Origin: Bacillota bacterium
Lineage (GTDB): Bacteria > Bacillota > Clostridia > Lachnospirales > Lachnospiraceae
Assembly: GCA_023414355.1 (NCBI GenBank)
Contig: JAEZOB010000038.1
Span: 5,022 to 69,021 of the forward strand
Length of the DNA: 64,000 nucleotides
Direction: 5' to 3'
Shown here in pieces: positions 38,953-48,234 of the stretch (its first letter is position 1; each line of letters begins with the position of its first letter). The notes under the pieces were generated by a model. That model was not told the origin of the DNA, made no database searches, and saw only the letters and a program-made list of their open reading frames with translations. Position numbers and translations under genes: made by a program.

Positions 38953-40743
38953 TTGATGGAGAACGGAAAGATTAAGGCACTCGGAATCGCACCCTATGAA
39001 GCCATGAAAACCGCTATGGAGCGACTGGCTAAGGATCGGAAAGACCTGATACTGGATGTTTATGTAGGAGATTTATATTATGGACAGGAGCTGGTAAACC
39101 GCCATATTGGTGAGAATTACGATGCCATCATATCTCGCGGTGGAACTGCCCAGTTGATTGAGGAGGTTACAGAAGTTCCTGTTGTGGAGATTTCTCTGTC
39201 GGTCTATGACATTCTTCGTGCAGTCAAGCTGGCGGAAAATTATCAGGAACGCTATGCAATCCTTGGTTTTCCCAATATCACAGGTAGTGCTCATCTGCTC
39301 TGCGACTTACTTCAATATCAGGTGGATATCTTCACCGTTCATTCGGCGACAGAGGTACGCCCCCTTCTCACCAGACTCAAGACACAGGGCTACCGCATGG
39401 TGGTCTGCGATATGATCTCCCATACAGAAGCAAAGCAGCTTGGGCTGAATACCATACTGATCACTTCAGGCGCCGAAAGTATAGAGGATGCCTTCAGTCA
39501 GGCAGTAAAAATCAGCACGAGCCATAACAAGGTTCGTCAGGAGAATCTCTTCCTAAAAGAAGTACTAAAAAATTCAGGGAATTACACTGTGATTTTTGAT
39601 TCCGAGGAGAAGGTCTACCTTTCCACCTGGGACAAGGAAAATGAAACAGCAGTCTATGATCTTCTCCGCCGTGAGCTCCCTCAGGTGCGCTCCTTGGATA
39701 GTCATAAGATTTTTCGAAATATCGAGGGCACTCTCTTTTCCATTACCGGCTATATGCTTCCTTATGAAGGAAAGCCGTATGGAGTATTCTATTTTACAGA
39801 CTCCAAAATTCCGATTACACAAGGTAAATACGGCATTCGGTTTTCTAATAAAAAGGAGGCTGAGGAGCAATTCTTTAACAGCTTTTACAGTATTACCGGA
39901 GCCATGGGCGGCCTTGCCGACTCCATTGACCAGATCAGCCAAAGCTCCTTTCCGGTTATGATTACAGGTGAAAATGGTACCGGCAAGAGTCAGATTGCGC
40001 GGGTGCTCTACACGCAGAGTCCCTTGCAAGCCAATCCTCTGGTAATTATTGACTGTAGTCAGCTGACAGAAAAGGGCTGGTCTTACCTGACCAATCATTA
40101 TAATTCACCTTTTAACGACAGCAACAATACGATTTATTTTCAAAATGTAGACGCCCTTCCACCGGAACGGTGTCTTCAGTTGCTTTCCTCAATCACAGAT
40201 ACCAACCTTCACAAGCGGAACCGACTGATCTTCTCCTGTAGCAGTGAGAAGGATTCCCTGCTTCCTCCTGAAAGCAGGGACTTTGTCAAGCGTCTGTCCT
40301 GCCTGACTATCTGCCTGCCGCCTTTGCGGGAGCGAATTCAGGAGCTTCCCACTCTGGCAAGTATCTATCTGTCCACTCTGAACGTGTCTCTGGGCAAGCA
40401 GTTGATCGGTTTTGAGCCAAAGGCTATGGAAATGCTGATGTACTATGATTGGCCCCAAAACTACACCCAGTTCAAACGTCTGACCAGAGAGCTGGCAGTT
40501 CTGACGGTTACCCCTTACATTACCAGCAACTCTGTGGCTAATCTTCTGGAGAAGGAACGCTCCTCCATCAGCAGCACCTATGATACTCTGGCAGGTACCT
40601 CCATAGACTTAGAACGTCCTCTGGAAGATATCACCCGCGATATCATAAAGAAAGCCGTGGCAGACAACCACGGCAATCAAAGTCTCACCGCCAAGCAGCT
40701 CCAGATCAGCCGCACCACACTCTGGAGATATCTTAGGATGTAA
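38953..40743 (+). CDS. PrpR-N-domain / degenerate AAA+ / Fis-HTH transcriptional regulator
   Basis: IISRGGTA PrpR-N motif, Walker A GENGTGK, DWP.N and C-terminal NQS.TA..L.ISRTTLWR; the GAFTGA loop is absent. Confidence 0.85.
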   Translation: MMENGKIKALGIAPYEAMKTAMERLAKDRKDLILDVYVGDLYYGQELVNRHIGENYDAIISRGGTAQLIEEVTEVPVVEISLSVYDILRAVKLAENYQERYAILGFPNITGSAHLLCDLLQYQVDIFTVHSATEVRPLLTRLKTQGYRMVVCDMISHTEAKQLGLNTILITSGAESIEDAFSQAVKISTSHNKVRQENLFLKEVLKNSGNYTVIFDSEEKVYLSTWDKENETAVYDLLRRELPQVRSLDSHKIFRNIEGTLFSITGYMLPYEGKPYGVFYFTDSKIPITQGKYGIRFSNKKEAEEQFFNSFYSITGAMGGLADSIDQISQSSFPVMITGENGTGKSQIARVLYTQSPLQANPLVIIDCSQLTEKGWSYLTNHYNSPFNDSNNTIYFQNVDALPPERCLQLLSSITDTNLHKRNRLIFSCSSEKDSLLPPESRDFVKRLSCLTICLPPLRERIQELPTLASIYLSTLNVSLGKQLIGFEPKAMEMLMYYDWPQNYTQFKRLTRELAVLTVTPYITSNSVANLLEKERSSISSTYDTLAGTSIDLERPLEDITRDIIKKAVADNHGNQSLTAKQLQISRTTLWRYLRM

Positions 40744-40756
40744 TAGATAAGTCAAA

Positions 40757-40791
40757 AACAGCCATTGTGAAGTAGATTCACAGTGGCTGTT
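40757..40791. terminator. Bidirectional terminator
   Basis: AACAGCCATTGTGAA...TTCACAGTGGCTGTT between convergent genes. Confidence 0.75.
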
Positions 40792-40847
40792 ATACTTTTA
40801 AGCAGTTAGTACGAAATGCACGTGCCATATCGGTCTCTTATATTGTA

Positions 40848-41189
40848 TTAATTCCAAGTCTTCCACACATCCGGCTGATACCCTATTGTAGATTGCTTTC
40901 CATTTCTCACAACCGGTGTCTTAATAACCTGTTGATGCTCCAAGAGCTTATCAAGCTTATCCTCTTGAGCAATAAACCTGATAAGGGCTAGTAAATCTTG
41001 ATCTTTGCAGTTCTGGTTAATCATATTATCCAGGCCGCCGTTCGACTGAGCAACAGAAGTGAACTCGCCCTTGCTCATTCCCTTCTCATTCATATCAATG
41101 AACTGATACTGAATGCCCCGCTCCTTAAAGAAGCGCTCCGCCTTCTTTGTATCATTGCATTTCTTGGTTCCAAATATCTGAATATTCAT
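40848..41189 (-). CDS. ArsC/Spx/MgsR family protein
   Basis: KKCNDTKKAERFFKER and KTPVVR motifs. Confidence 0.8.
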   Translation of the reverse strand: MNIQIFGTKKCNDTKKAERFFKERGIQYQFIDMNEKGMSKGEFTSVAQSNGGLDNMINQNCKDQDLLALIRFIAQEDKLDKLLEHQQVIKTPVVRNGKQSTIGYQPDVWKTWN

Positions 41190-41227
41190 CTTCTCGCCAC
41201 CTCTGTCGGATATATATTTCCCACTTA

Positions 41228-42145
41228 TTACAAGATACTGCGGATCCAGCCGGTCACTCCTTCCGGCAGACGCTCGTCATATGCCCGTCCATCATCAAAT
41301 ATCAGATTTGAATGTACCGCATTGACAATACAGTGCTGCCCCATTTCGAAGCCGAAATTGATCGATGCGACACCTCCGTCTGAATTTCTAACCCACTCAG
41401 GGAAATAGCATATACAGTTCTCCAGCTTCTGAAGCTCCTCTTCCATACAGGCAAGGCATTCCTCAAACGGAGTAAGTTCGTCTCTTCTGCCGTGAGTCAG
41501 AAGCAAATTGATTTTCTTCTTTTTTAACAGGTCAATTTCCTCTTTGTTAGGTGTATAGCCTGCTCCCATAGGAACAAATCCGTCAAACGCATCCGGTGTA
41601 TGCAAAAGAAGTTCCCAGATAAATGTTCCTCCTCTGGAATTACCGAAAAGGACAGTCTTTGAAACATTTTTTATCTCCGCCTTTCGCTTCCCGATCAATT
41701 CCATGCATGGTGCAATATAGTCATCACTCCAACCGCCTATCACATTACCGTCCGGCATTCTCTTCTCATTTGCCATGGGAATAAGGATGTAAGCTCCTCC
41801 CCCCATGCTTTCCTGATAAGCTTCGGAAGCATACAACTCACCGCCGCAGTAATTGATGCAAATCTCCCCCTCAAGCGCATTATTGGCTCCGTGAAAGAAA
41901 ACCAGCAGCGGGTACTGTTTCGAAGCATCCCTTCCATTCTTTACCGGGTCATACAGATAATAGGTTATATCCCCTACCGTATCACAGGGGAAAACATTTT
42001 TCTCGTAGAGCGAAAAATACTTTCCCACACTATAAGATGGTGCAAAGCTCACAAAATCCCCCGGTACCATTTCTTCCTGCCACGGTGCTTTCACATGATC
42101 TTTTTCGTTCTCTTCCTGCAACATTGAATCCTTATTTTCTTCCAT
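41228..42145 (-). CDS. Alpha/beta hydrolase (predicted peptidase/esterase)
   Basis: YPLLVFFHG, nucleophile elbow GNSRGG, HG.RD and a late His (GQH). Confidence 0.7.
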   Translation of the reverse strand: MEENKDSMLQEENEKDHVKAPWQEEMVPGDFVSFAPSYSVGKYFSLYEKNVFPCDTVGDITYYLYDPVKNGRDASKQYPLLVFFHGANNALEGEICINYCGGELYASEAYQESMGGGAYILIPMANEKRMPDGNVIGGWSDDYIAPCMELIGKRKAEIKNVSKTVLFGNSRGGTFIWELLLHTPDAFDGFVPMGAGYTPNKEEIDLLKKKKINLLLTHGRRDELTPFEECLACMEEELQKLENCICYFPEWVRNSDGGVASINFGFEMGQHCIVNAVHSNLIFDDGRAYDERLPEGVTGWIRSIL

Positions 42146-42297
42146 TTTCTTTCTCCTCCCATCAAGTCACGCAATGTTGGCGTATTCTTTATATATCGCT
42201 CCAGCTTCATCCTTATCATGACCTGTTCCAACAAACCAGGTACACGTAGGGACAGCATTGATTTCTTTCGTACTGTCCCTTCGTGGAAACATTTCCT

Positions 42298-44553
42298 TTA
42301 CATAGATTTTCTGATATATTTGGCAGTGATTGTTGAACTGTTCTCCACCATATCCTTTACCGTTCCCTGAAATACAACCTCACCACCGCTACTACCACCA
42401 TCCGGTCCAATATCAATAATGTAATCAGCATTTTTCATTACATCCTGATTATGCTCAATAATAATCACGGTATTACCCCTATCTACGAACCGTTCAAATA
42501 GCATCATAATACTCTTAATATCAGAGGCATGGAGTCCTGTGGTTGGCTCATCTAAGATAAAGATACTTCCTTTATCATCCAGGTGTTTTGCAAGCTTCAA
42601 ACGCTGGCGTTCTCCTCCGGATAATGTAGAAGTCGGCTGTCCCAGGGAAAGATATCCTAGTCCGACTTCCACCATCGCTTTTAACTGTTTCGCTATTTTC
42701 TTCTGATCTTTAAAGAAAGCAAGAGCTTCCTCAGCCGACAGTTCAAGTATTTCCATAATATTTTTTTCGTGATATTGAATGGAAAGTGCTTCTTTGTTAT
42801 AACGTTTTCCTTCACACTCTTCACATACTGTAGTGACTGGATCCATAAATACAAGCTCCGTGACAATGATGCCTCTACCTTTACAGACAGGACAGCATCC
42901 CTTACTATTGAAGGAAAACAATGATGCATCCTGACAGGTTTCCTTGGAAATTTCCTTTCTTATATCATCGAAAAATCCCAGGAAGGTTGCCGGTGTTGAA
43001 CGACCTGTCGCTGTGATCTGAGTCTGATCTACCAGCACGACATCTTCCGCATATTCTCTGGCAAATACATCTCTAATTAACGTACTTTTACCGGAACCGG
43101 CCACTCCGGTTACTACGGTCAGAATATTCAGCGGAATATCAACCGATACATTTTTTAGGTTATGACAATTCGCATCCTTCACTGATAGATACTTTACAGG
43201 TATTCTAGGCTTATGCTTTACCGGAATGACTTCTTTCATCGCATTACCGGTCAGTGTCCCCGATAAAAGAAGCTTTTCATAGCTTCCTTCAAATAATATT
43301 TCACCACCATTTTTCCCTGCAAGCGGTCCAACATCAATAATATGATCTGCAATACTAATGATATCTTTATCGTGTTCCACGACCAGAACTGTATTTCCTT
43401 TATCCCTAAGACTTCGAAGTAATTTACACATACGATGAACGTCCCTAGGATGCATGCCTGTACTTGGTTCGTCAAAGATATAGGTCATTCCGCATAAGGC
43501 ACTGCCCATGTATCTGACAAGCTTCAGACGTTGTGCTTCGCCACCGGATAAGGTGGAGGATTCACGGTTCATGCTTAGGTATGGGAGACCAATATCTATC
43601 ATTCTGTCTAAAGACTCCACCATATCGTCAATGATTGTTGCTGCTCTCTTGTCTTCGATTTTTAATAGTTCTTCTCTTAACCCTGTAAATTCTAATTCAC
43701 ACATCTCATAAATGTTTTTTCCGTTGATCTTACAGGAAAGAGTATGATCATTCAGTCTCTTACCGTGGCAACAAGGGCATTCTTTTTGTACAATCAGGTT
43801 TAGCAGTCTTTTGACGGATGCTTCCTTAATCGTGGAAGTATCACGCATTAATACGGTCCTTCTTAGTTGGTTAACAATTCCCTCAACCTTCTTATGTATC
43901 TGTTCCCCATCCGGTGTCTTCGCACCATAATAAAGGATGTTTTTCTCTTCTTCCGAGTAATCCCTAAATTTCTTATCTAAATCAAATAACCCTGATTCAA
44001 TATATAATTTCCAGTACCAATTACCGACACCATAGGCAGGAAGCTTGACCATTCCCTCATTCCAGGATTGATCCGGATCCACCAATCCGTCTGTATCAAT
44101 ATCTGTAATATTGCCTAAACCAGAGCATTTTGGACACATTCCATTCGGATCATTAAAGGAAAAATAGGATGCAGTCCCAATATGCGGAGTTCCAATGCGA
44201 GAAAATAAAACTCTTAGTACTGAATACAAATCACTGATTGTACCAACTGTTGATCGTGCATTGCCGCCCAATCTGGACTGATCCACAATAACCGATGCTG
44301 AAAGGTTATTAATATAATCAACCTTTGGTTTTTCATATTTGGGCATTCTTCCTCTGACCCATGCAGTATAGGTCTCATTCATCTGTCTCTGGCTTTCAGC
44401 TGCTATCGTATCAAATACGATACTCGATTTTCCGGAGCCGGAAACACCTGTAAAAACAACTATTTTATTTCTGGGTACCGTAAGTGATATATTTTTCAAA
44501 TTATTTTGATGCAAACCTTTGATTTCTATCATATCATTCATTCTCTTCACCAC
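42298..44553 (-). CDS. UvrA-like ABC ATPase (short class II / DrrC-like)
   Basis: NNLKN, GVSGSGKSS, FSFN..G.CP.C.G.G zinc fingers and two LSGGE.QR motifs; 751 aa with no UvrB-binding insert. Confidence 0.82.
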   Translation of the reverse strand: MVKRMNDMIEIKGLHQNNLKNISLTVPRNKIVVFTGVSGSGKSSIVFDTIAAESQRQMNETYTAWVRGRMPKYEKPKVDYINNLSASVIVDQSRLGGNARSTVGTISDLYSVLRVLFSRIGTPHIGTASYFSFNDPNGMCPKCSGLGNITDIDTDGLVDPDQSWNEGMVKLPAYGVGNWYWKLYIESGLFDLDKKFRDYSEEEKNILYYGAKTPDGEQIHKKVEGIVNQLRRTVLMRDTSTIKEASVKRLLNLIVQKECPCCHGKRLNDHTLSCKINGKNIYEMCELEFTGLREELLKIEDKRAATIIDDMVESLDRMIDIGLPYLSMNRESSTLSGGEAQRLKLVRYMGSALCGMTYIFDEPSTGMHPRDVHRMCKLLRSLRDKGNTVLVVEHDKDIISIADHIIDVGPLAGKNGGEILFEGSYEKLLLSGTLTGNAMKEVIPVKHKPRIPVKYLSVKDANCHNLKNVSVDIPLNILTVVTGVAGSGKSTLIRDVFAREYAEDVVLVDQTQITATGRSTPATFLGFFDDIRKEISKETCQDASLFSFNSKGCCPVCKGRGIIVTELVFMDPVTTVCEECEGKRYNKEALSIQYHEKNIMEILELSAEEALAFFKDQKKIAKQLKAMVEVGLGYLSLGQPTSTLSGGERQRLKLAKHLDDKGSIFILDEPTTGLHASDIKSIMMLFERFVDRGNTVIIIEHNQDVMKNADYIIDIGPDGGSSGGEVVFQGTVKDMVENSSTITAKYIRKSM

Positions 44554-44654
44554 CTAAACTATTGGAATTTGGATTTTAAGTTCTTTTTCAATACATAGAT
44601 GGATTATATCACTGATTTAATAAAATATCTTGACATATTTTGCTCTCTCATGAC

Positions 44655-44692
44655 GGGAAAAAGGAATCCCCTCTTTAGAGATCCCTTTTTCC
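44655..44692 (-). terminator. Hairpin downstream of the GH94 gene
   Basis: GGAAAAAGG...CCCTTTTTCC inverted repeat. Confidence 0.5.
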
Positions 44693-44780
44693 TGTAGTCA
44701 TTTTGACTAAGTCCGGTTATATTGATTAGCCTAATTAGCTTTTATATAATTCCTAAATGATCAGGCTATCAATGATAAAA

Positions 44781-47195
44781 TTAAGACATCATCAATTCAA
44801 TCTCCGTATACTCATGAAGTAGCTCAGCAGGGATATAGTTTCCTTCTATTTCCTTGCCATCGACTGTAAGCTTTTTGCAACCCGATTCTACATGACCAGG
44901 GTTATGAACCACGATATGCAAATGGCTTCCTCTGAAATCCTTCTCAATCTCAAAGCTTTCCCATTCCTTCGGAATAGAAGGGTCTAGCTTGAGTCCATAA
45001 GGGTCCGGACGCATCCCTAAGATACCCTCGATACAGCCTACCATAATGGTAGATGCAGTACCTGTAAGCCAATGTACATGGGAGCGGCCAAAATTAGGAC
45101 TGTGCTTGCCTTCTGTGAACTGCCCGTAACAATAAGGTTCCAGCTTACGTATTTCCGCACGATCATTCTGGGCAGCCGGAGCGTTCTCCATAAAATAGGT
45201 GAAAGCTCGGTCACCGTGTCCCCTCAAGGCTTCCGCAAGAATAATCCATCCCTGAGTCTGTGAAAAAATACTCGCATTCTCCTTCGATCCGGCATTATAG
45301 ATAACAGCAAGCGCACCTTCAAAAGCATGCTCATGGTATGGCGGATCCATTAAAGCTGCTCCATACCCTGTATTCAATAGCCTGTATACGCTGTCGAGAG
45401 CCGCATCTGCTTGTTTCTCCGTGGCATAACCACTGATCACGCCCCAGCTCTGCGGATTCAACCACATATTTGCTTCCGGATCGGAACGTCTTCCGATGGT
45501 CTCTCCCTTTTGTGTGAACCCTCGGATGAAACGATCCTCATCCCAACAATGCTCCTCGATCATAGCTCCTAACTTCTGCTGACTATCCTCAAGGTATTTG
45601 ATATATTCCTTATCTCCCTTATACTGTGCGAACTCTTTCAAAATTGTCATTGCATAATAGAACTGGAAAGCAACAAAGGTTGTTTCCCCTTTCTCTCCAA
45701 GTCGCAGGCAGTCATTCCAATCTGCATGGAGCCCGACAGGCAAACCGTGTACTCCCAGATGGTTCATCGAAAAATCGATCGCACGCTTCAAATGCTCATA
45801 GACAGTGCCTTGACCCTGATTTGCATACGGAATAATCTCATCCATAAAGGAAAGATTTCCTGTTTCAGAAACATATTTATAAATGGTCGGGAATAGCCAT
45901 AAAGCATCATCTGCCCGGTAAGCAGGATGTCCCGTTTCCTTTACATAAGAGGCATCCTCCGGGGTATCTTCGTGTCCCGGATTGTGAGTAAACTTTACAA
46001 GAGGCAACCCACCACCATGATGTACCTGTGCGGAAAGCATAAACCGTATCTTCTCCTCAGCCATTTCAGGTGCAAGATGGATAATTCCTTGAATGTCCTG
46101 AACCGTATCACGATATCCGTAGCCGTTACGAAGGCCGCAATAGAAGAAGGAGGCCGCACGAGACCAAATAAAGGTGATAAAGCAATTATAGGCATTCCAG
46201 GTGTTTATCATGGAATCAAATTCCGGACTCGGAGTTTTTACCCGGAAATGCGAAAGCTTCTCATGCCAGAACGTAATCAGTTCCTCCAGCTCTTTCTCAC
46301 AGATCTCCCCAGGATTCTGATATCGCTTCAGGATACTCTCTGCTTCCCGATCAGGCTTCATTCCCAGGATAAAGGCCAGATGCTTTGTTTCCCCAGGTGC
46401 CAGTGTAACTGTAGTAGCAAGAGCACCACACCCATTTCCATTATAATTCAGCTCATTCCCCAGATCACCATTGATTACACCGATTGGGTTCCCGTATCCA
46501 TGATAAGGTCCCAAAAACTTATCTTTATCCCCGCAGTAGGAGGAAGCTTCTGCTCCGGTTAAGCCAAAGAAACGGTCGACCGCTGTCTTGTTATCAATTG
46601 TCTCCCCTTCCTTCAGCTTATCCAGATTGCCATGCATCGTGTGTCGAATTCGATTACCACAGAAAGCAGTTCTGGTAATAAACTGCGAATATTGCAGGTT
46701 GACCTGATCCTGTTCATAATTGTTATTATTCGTAAATTCCGCATACCCTGTTATGCATAAATTACGTGCCGTATCAGAGCAATTCGTTAATTTCAAATTC
46801 CAAACCTCATAGGAGGCATTCAGCGGAACATAATATAATGCTTCGGAATGAATTTGGCTGTATTCTGCGACCATTCGAGTATATGCTGTCCCATGATGGC
46901 ATTCACTCTGATAGGAGGTAAGCTCCTTACCGACAGGCTGCCAGGAGGCCGACCAGTAATCCTTGCTGTCATTATCCCGAATATAAAGATAACGGCCCGG
47001 CTGATCAAAATTATTAAATACATAGCGCAAAATCCTACCATCGGCACCGGACTTAGCAAAGCTATAGCCACCGGCATTATTTGAGATTATAGCGCCGTAT
47101 TCCGGGGATCCGAGATAGTTCGCCCAGGGGGCCGGAGTATCCGGTCTGGTGATTACATATTCTCGTTTTTCATCATCAAAATATCCATATTGCAT
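44781..47195 (-). CDS. GH94 glycoside phosphorylase (chitobiose/cellobiose phosphorylase-like)
   Basis: YGYFDD..REYVI, PWANYLG, GYRD..QD, DD.LW, DWND, KEN..IF and WLTGTA motifs; ATG at 47195 follows GCAGGAG. Confidence 0.88.
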   Translation of the reverse strand: MQYGYFDDEKREYVITRPDTPAPWANYLGSPEYGAIISNNAGGYSFAKSGADGRILRYVFNNFDQPGRYLYIRDNDSKDYWSASWQPVGKELTSYQSECHHGTAYTRMVAEYSQIHSEALYYVPLNASYEVWNLKLTNCSDTARNLCITGYAEFTNNNNYEQDQVNLQYSQFITRTAFCGNRIRHTMHGNLDKLKEGETIDNKTAVDRFFGLTGAEASSYCGDKDKFLGPYHGYGNPIGVINGDLGNELNYNGNGCGALATTVTLAPGETKHLAFILGMKPDREAESILKRYQNPGEICEKELEELITFWHEKLSHFRVKTPSPEFDSMINTWNAYNCFITFIWSRAASFFYCGLRNGYGYRDTVQDIQGIIHLAPEMAEEKIRFMLSAQVHHGGGLPLVKFTHNPGHEDTPEDASYVKETGHPAYRADDALWLFPTIYKYVSETGNLSFMDEIIPYANQGQGTVYEHLKRAIDFSMNHLGVHGLPVGLHADWNDCLRLGEKGETTFVAFQFYYAMTILKEFAQYKGDKEYIKYLEDSQQKLGAMIEEHCWDEDRFIRGFTQKGETIGRRSDPEANMWLNPQSWGVISGYATEKQADAALDSVYRLLNTGYGAALMDPPYHEHAFEGALAVIYNAGSKENASIFSQTQGWIILAEALRGHGDRAFTYFMENAPAAQNDRAEIRKLEPYCYGQFTEGKHSPNFGRSHVHWLTGTASTIMVGCIEGILGMRPDPYGLKLDPSIPKEWESFEIEKDFRGSHLHIVVHNPGHVESGCKKLTVDGKEIEGNYIPAELLHEYTEIELMMS

Positions 47196-47264
47196 ATTCG
47201 CTCCTGCATGATTTGATAAGATATCAATCATGCTTATCCTTTCCGTATTATAGCTAATGGAATT

Positions 47265-47293
47265 AGGATACCATCTCATGGAAAAAATGTCAA
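47265..47293 (-). promoter_or_regulatory. Candidate sigmaA promoter for the GH94 gene
   Basis: Minus strand reads TTGACA-N17-TATCCT with a TG extended -10. Confidence 0.55.
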
Positions 47294-47328
47294 AGGAACC
47301 GTTAAAATATAGCTATCTCCTTCCAGAA

Positions 47329-48036
47329 TTACCCCTTAAAATGAAGTTCCTTCATCCCTTCTACCTCGTTGCATATGGACTGAAGTTTGCAGCTTGCACA
47401 ATCCATTGTTACATCACGTAAAATGTGGTCAAGTGCGGCTGTGATTTGATCGGTTTTTTGTGCCAAGCTCGTTATTTCACTATAATTAAATTCCGGCAAG
47501 GTTATAAATATAATCTGTACTGCGATGACCTGAGGATGTGCTTTATAAGCATCCAGATACCTCCGGCCGACTTTCGCAAAGCTTAATCCCTGATCCAACG
47601 CGGCCTTACTAATTCGAACGGGTTCATGATTTATGCCGGTGGAAATACGGCTCATAAAGCCTTCCGGATTCACTGCATAGCGTGTATTGATCAATTGTCG
47701 CATGGAATCATAGATGGCCTCACCTTTTCCCATAAGCTCTTCTTCAATACGCAGCAGGGTTATTCTGGCATATGGTGTATCTGTGCTGAGCGCGGATAAA
47801 TCTTTTCCATATAGGACCACGCCATCACCGTCCACAAGCTCCTTCGATGAGGTTACTCCTAAAAAACCAACCGCCGGCAGCGTTCCCGCACCAAGCTCAT
47901 AGGCCATTTCTGAGCGCAGTACGAGGTTTTGCCTTCCTGCGTCCGGCCAGGGCGAGCAGTTCGTCTCAAGCTTTTGACCGCTTTGTCCATGTAAAAGGCT
48001 GATTACGTTCGAAATCTGTTCATCATATATTTTCAT
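47329..48036 (-). CDS. Stand-alone protein resembling the acetyl-CoA synthase (AcsB/CdhC) middle domain, with a C-terminal CxxC-x5-C motif
   Basis: The pattern L..EMAYELG....PA ... DG..V.L.GKDL ... EGF ... VRISK.AL..G.SF..VG ... V.AVQI.FIT matches the ACS middle domain as I recall it; there is no A-cluster domain. Confidence 0.6.
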   Translation of the reverse strand: MKIYDEQISNVISLLHGQSGQKLETNCSPWPDAGRQNLVLRSEMAYELGAGTLPAVGFLGVTSSKELVDGDGVVLYGKDLSALSTDTPYARITLLRIEEELMGKGEAIYDSMRQLINTRYAVNPEGFMSRISTGINHEPVRISKAALDQGLSFAKVGRRYLDAYKAHPQVIAVQIIFITLPEFNYSEITSLAQKTDQITAALDHILRDVTMDCASCKLQSICNEVEGMKELHFKG

Positions 48037-48051
48037 AGCATTGTCTATGTA

Positions 48052-48219
48052 TTATGGCAGTGGTCTACGCTTGAAGCGATCGTACCATTTGTTGATAATC
48101 GGCTGCATCTTTGATGATAGCTTCATATCCAGATTAAAAAAGTAAATAACCAGACTCAATAAAAACAGTACAAAAAATATGATTACAATAATACTGATAA
48201 TCTTTAATAAAACAGCCAT
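48052..48219 (-). CDS. 55-aa single-TM membrane peptide (not in the ORF track)
   Basis: AAGGAG SD, then MAVLLKIISIIVIIFFVLFLLSLVIYFFNLDMKLSSKMQPIINKWYDRFKRRPLP*; it fills the gap between two operon genes with 15-nt spacers. Confidence 0.75.
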   Translation of the reverse strand: MAVLLKIISIIVIIFFVLFLLSLVIYFFNLDMKLSSKMQPIINKWYDRFKRRPLP

Positions 48220-48234
48220 AAAACAGTCTCCTTC

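Noticed and set aside
31554..46562. Long antisense ORFs (e.g. 31554..32102, 33516..34124, 45927..46562)
   Set aside because: These are shadow frames of well-supported genes on the opposite strand and carry no motifs.
44781..47195. GH94 as part of the Ni/activase operon
   Set aside because: It has its own TTGACA-N17-TATCCT promoter candidate and no evident functional link.
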